64,000 nucleotides of DNA from the human T2T-CHM13v2.0 reference genome, Homo sapiens. The translations under genes were made by a program, and so were the position numbers. Shown here piece by piece: positions 58,696 through 64,000 of this stretch. The stretch is taken from the NCBI RefSeq assembly GCF_009914755.1, contig NC_060933.1; one strand, 5' to 3'. A model generated the notes under the pieces. The model was not told the origin of the DNA, searched no databases, and saw nothing but the letters and a program-made list of their open reading frames with translations. Positions within the stretch are counted from its first letter, which is position 1. The number at the start of each line of letters is the position of its first letter.

Positions 58696-58962
58696 AGGAA
58701 ACAACTAAGAGAAGACAAAGTTCTGAAGCATTCAAGTCCTTAGTTCCAGCTGCATCCTTGTCCCAGGTTCCACAAAGCACTCGTTTCTCTAGTTGGTTTC
58801 TGTTGCTTGCAACCAAAGTACTTCAGAGATCCCCAATGAGATCAGGACTTGAAAAATGTAGTTCTATCTCACCTTTGAAATGAGATGATTATTGATGAAA
58901 TATAAATAAATATATAGACAGGAAAAAAGGATTATAATTCTTGTAAATTCGTCTCTGGGTTA

Positions 58963-59200
58963 GTTACCATGGTCTACCCCACTGCATATATAATAGTCCC
59001 TTTGTGCAAGTGAGTTGGTTGAATTCAGGGTGTGAAATAAGAGATTACAAAGTCCCCAAATTAACCTAGGATAGAAAAAAATGCTTGCCCTAGAAACTAG
59101 CTACCATAATTTTGTAGCAACTGAGAGATTGAGCCAGGAAAACATATTAGCACATCTGCAAGTTTGCACTACCTGAACCCTTCTCAGTAACCATGGTAAC
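58963..59200. promoter_or_regulatory. Cluster of RFX X-box-like motifs
   Basis: GTTACCATGGTCTAC 58963-58977; CTTGCCCTAGAAAC 59084-59097; TAGCAAC 59115-59121; GTAACCATGGTAAC 59187-59200. Confidence 0.55.
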
Positions 59201-59929
59201 TACCAATATGTGGGTAAAAGTGAAACAAAGGCATTAACTTTTAATGCCTGTATAGCTAGTTTAATCAGTGTTTGCCTGAACACTAGACATTTTTACCAAA
59301 AAGAAAAAGTAAAGACTAAACAATAGAATTTTAACAAGGACATTATGAATTGCAACAAAAATCAGAACCTGTGAATAATTAAAACTAAAATGTTTCAACC
59401 TTGAAACTAACCAATAATAGGGACTCTGAAGTTTACAGAAACAAACGATTTTTTAAGAAGGACATATATAGAACATTAATGAGGATGAGTACACTATAAA
59501 TGAAAACAAAACTGGAAGTTACGCATTAAATTAAAGCCATGTTTCAACCTTGAGATGGTTTAAATCTAACTAATACTGTGGACTCTTAATAAAAAAAAAA
59601 AGAGAGAGATTTTATAAAAATAATCTCACTGCCCAATGCCCTCTACCTCAAAAAACAGTTGCTTCAAAATGCAACAGAATGTTCTAAGGTACTGGTAACA
59701 TTTTAGCTCCTAAACTGAGTGTTAGGAGCGTAAGTGTTGACCTTATTCTCCTTTTGATTTTACATGTACGTTAAATACCATCTTTTGCATCTAAAATTTA
59801 TTTCATAATAAAAAATTTATAAGACAGAATAGATAGAAGACGCTCCCTTTCAAAACATAAGGCCTAGGCCTTAGGCCAAAATAGAGTAGGGCAGAATAAA
59901 AGTTGCAGCTCATAGGAAAAGAAATTCCA

Positions 59930-60105
59930 GGAGACTGATTCTTAGAGTCACCAGGAGGGCTTGTTAAAGACACATGCTGCCAGGTCCCACCCCAGAGTTT
60001 CTGATCAGCAGATCTGGGTGGTCCTGAGAATCTGCATGCCTAACAATTTCCCAGGTGATGCTGCTGCTCTGGGGACCACACCTCCCACCTTGGAAATCTG
60101 TGCCC
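59930..60105. mobile_element. MER5A (hAT-Charlie) MITE
   Basis: GAGTCACCAGGAGGGCTTGTTAAA...CCCACCCCAGAGTTTCTGAT...TAACAATTTCCCAGGTGATGCTG. Confidence 0.85.
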
Positions 60106-60286
60106 TGGATCATTCCGTGTTAAACCCACTCCACCATCTTCATTTGTTCTAGCCTTCTATTTTACTGGGTCAAACTAATTAGATGCCACAATGGACTGAC
60201 TTTTACTATCAAAGACTATTTTTTTCCAGCTTTACTGAGGTACAATTGATTAAAAGTGTATATATTTCAGGTGTACAGTGTCATGC

Positions 60287-60576
60287 TTTTTGTTCGCTCA
60301 TTTTGAGACACCGTTGCCCAGGCTAGAGTTCAGTGGTGCAATTACAGCTCACTGCAGCCTGGACCTCCCTAGCTCAAGCGACCCTCTAGCCTCAGCTCCC
60401 CAAATAGTTGTGACTACAGGTGCGCACCACCATGTCTGGCTAATTTTTTTATTTTTTGTAGAGACAGGGTTTTGCCATGTTGCCCAGGCTGGTCTCAAAC
60501 TCCTGAGCTCAAGTGATCCGCCTGCCTCAGCCTCCCAAAATGCTGGGATTGCAGGCGTGAACCACGGTGCCCAGCT
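60287..60576 (-). mobile_element. AluJ
   Basis: ACAGCTCACTGCAGCCTGGACCTCC; TSD TACAGTGTC(A/C)TG. Confidence 0.88.
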
Positions 60577-60704
60577 ACAGTGTCCTGTTTTGATGTATGA
60601 ATACCTTGTGAAGTGATTACCACAATCAAGCTAATTAACACATCCATCACCTCACAGGTTACCATTGTTTGAATGTGGTGAGAACACCTAAGATCTACTT
60701 TTTA

Positions 60705-61877
<1,173 letters not shown>

Positions 61878-62639
61878 TAAGCAAATTTCAAATACACAAT
61901 AGAGTATTATTAACTATAGTCACAATGCTGTACATTAGATTTCTAGGGCTTATTCATCCTACATAACCAAACTTTGTATCTTTTTACCAGTATCTCCCCA
62001 TGCCCACCTCCAGCTTCTGGCAACCATCATTCTACTCTCTGCTTTTGTGAATTCAGCTTTTTAGAATTCCACATGTAACAGATCATGTAGTCTTTGTCCT
62101 TCTGTGCCTGGCTTATTCCACTTAGCATCTTGTCCTCCAGGTTCATCTATGTTGTCACAAATGGTAAGATTTCCTTCTTTTTTTAAGGCTGAATTTACAA
62201 TAGAATATTGTACAATAGAATACTATTGTACAATAGAATACTGCTGCAATGAACATACATAGGACAGATATCTCAGATATCACTTTGAGATACTGATCTC
62301 ATTTCCTTTGACTATATACCCAGAAGTGGTAATGCTGGGTCATATGGTAGTTCCATTTTTAATTATTTGAGGAACTGCCATACTGTTTTCCATAATGGCT
62401 GTACTAATCTACATTCCCACCAATAGTGTACAAGGGTTTCCTTTTCTCTATATCCCCACCGACACTGGGTATCTTTTGTCTTTTTGATCATAACCATTTG
62501 ACAAGTGTGAGACAACATCTCTGTGGTTTTGCTTTGCATTTCTTTGGTGATTGGTGATGTTGAGCACCTTTGCAAATACCTGTTGGCCATTTGTATGTCT
62601 TCTTTGGAAAAATGTCTATTCTGGTCCTTTGCCATTTTT

Positions 62640-62940
62640 AAATTTATTATTTTAAGGATAAGGTCTCAGTCTGTTGCCCAGGCTGGAGCGCAGTGGTGCA
62701 CTCATAGCTCATTGCAGTTACAAACTCTTGAGCTCAAGCAATTCTCCTACCTTAGCCTGCAAAGTAACTAGGACTATCGGCACACACCACCACACCTGGT
62801 TATTTATTTATTTTTTTTTTGTAGAGACGAGGTCTCATCATGTTGTCCAGGCTGGTCTTGAACTCCTGGCCTCAAGCAATTCTCCTGCCTCAGCATCCAA
62901 AAGCCCTGGGATTATACGTGTGAGTCACCCTACCCACCCT
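62640..62940 (-). mobile_element. AluJ
   Basis: ATAGCTCATTGCAG...CTTGAGCTCAAGCAAT; diverged. Confidence 0.85.
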
Positions 62941-64000
62941 ATTTTGTTTTTTTTGCTATTGAATTGTTTGAATTCCTTATATATTTGGATACTACCCCTT
63001 ATGAGATGTATGGTTTGCAAATATTTTCTCCCACTCCATAGGTGGTCTCTTCATTCTGTTGATTTTTTTTGTTTGTTTGTATGTTTGTTTGTTTTGCTGT
63101 GCAGAACCACTTAATGCAGCAATTCCTCTTGTCTATCATTCTATCTTTGCTTTTGTTGCCTATGTTTTTGGGGTCCTATCCCAGACCAATGTCAAGCTTT
63201 TCCCTAAGTTTCCTTTTAGTACTTTTACATTATTAGGTTTTACATTTAAGTCTTTAATCGCATCTTGAGTTGATTTTTTTATATGACGTAGATAAGGGTC
63301 CAGTTACATTCTTCTGCTCGTGGATATCTACTTTTCCCAACACCATTTATTGAAGAGACTACTTTTTTCCCATTGCATGAGCTTAGCATTCTTATTGAAA
63401 ATCAGTTGATCATAAATGTGTAGATTTATTTTGTGGCTCTCTATTTTGTTCCACTGGTCTATATTCTATTTTTACTCTAGCATCATACTGTTTTGATTAC
63501 TGTAGATTTATAATATATTTTGAAATAAGGAAATGTGATGTCCCCAGCTTTGTTCTTTTTGTTCAAGATTGCTATGGCTATTCAAGGTCTTTTGTGGTTT
63601 CATATGAATTTTAGAATTGTTTTTTCTTTTTCTGTGAAAATTGCTATTAAAATATTGATGGCGATTACATTGAATCTGTATATCACTTTGGATATATACA
63701 TTTTAACTATATTAATTCTTCCAATCCATGAACACAGAATATTTTTCCTTTTATTTGTGTCTTTTTCAGTTTCTTTTATTAAAGCTTTATGGTTTTCAGA
63801 GTACAGATCTTCAATCTCTTTGGTTAGATTTATTCCTAAGTATATTATTCTTTCTGAAGCTCTGGTAAATGGAATTGTTTTTAAACTTCTTGTTTGGATA
63901 GTTCATTGTTACTGTATAAAAAGCAACTGATTTTTTATATGTTGATTTTGTATCCTGCAACTTTACTAAATTTATTCTTCAGTCCTAACGGTTTTTGGTG

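Noticed and set aside
63535-63930. 131-aa hydrophobic, membrane-protein-like ORF
   Set aside because: Antisense reading of L1 ORF2; T-rich strand bias yields Phe/Ile/Leu

Overview
Primate, almost certainly human, non-coding genomic DNA. Well over half of the window is interspersed repeat: about 20 Alus from FLAM/AluJ to a very young AluYe-type copy, old L1M/L1PB fragments, MIR, L2, MaLR LTRs, ERV solo LTRs (LTR12C, LTR40, MER41A, MER4, MER50, LTR8, MER31, MLT2) and hAT/Tigger DNA transposon remnants. I found no credible protein-coding gene, RNA gene or CRISPR array. The ORF track is explained by Alu/L1/LTR sequence, (TG/CA) low complexity or chance. I could not identify the locus by name. Notable non-coding features: (1) a small orphan CpG island at ~27.2-27.8 kb with clustered MRE-like, E-box and X-box motifs and nearby candidate splice sites; (2) recurring RFX X-box motifs, including a dense cluster at ~59 kb; (3) a 2.5-kb zoned TG-rich minisatellite whose unit carries a 5' splice-site consensus and a RUNX core; (4) a stack of three ERV1 solo LTRs in one L1 3'UTR, two of which integrated 1 bp apart; (5) two templated-insertion repair scars; (6) a full-length LTR12C promoter; (7) a very young Alu in an inverted Alu pair. 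I see no evidence for a new gene system. The findings are regulatory or genome-evolution hypotheses. Repeat subfamily names come from recalled consensus sequences, and boundaries without target-site duplications (TSDs) are approximate.
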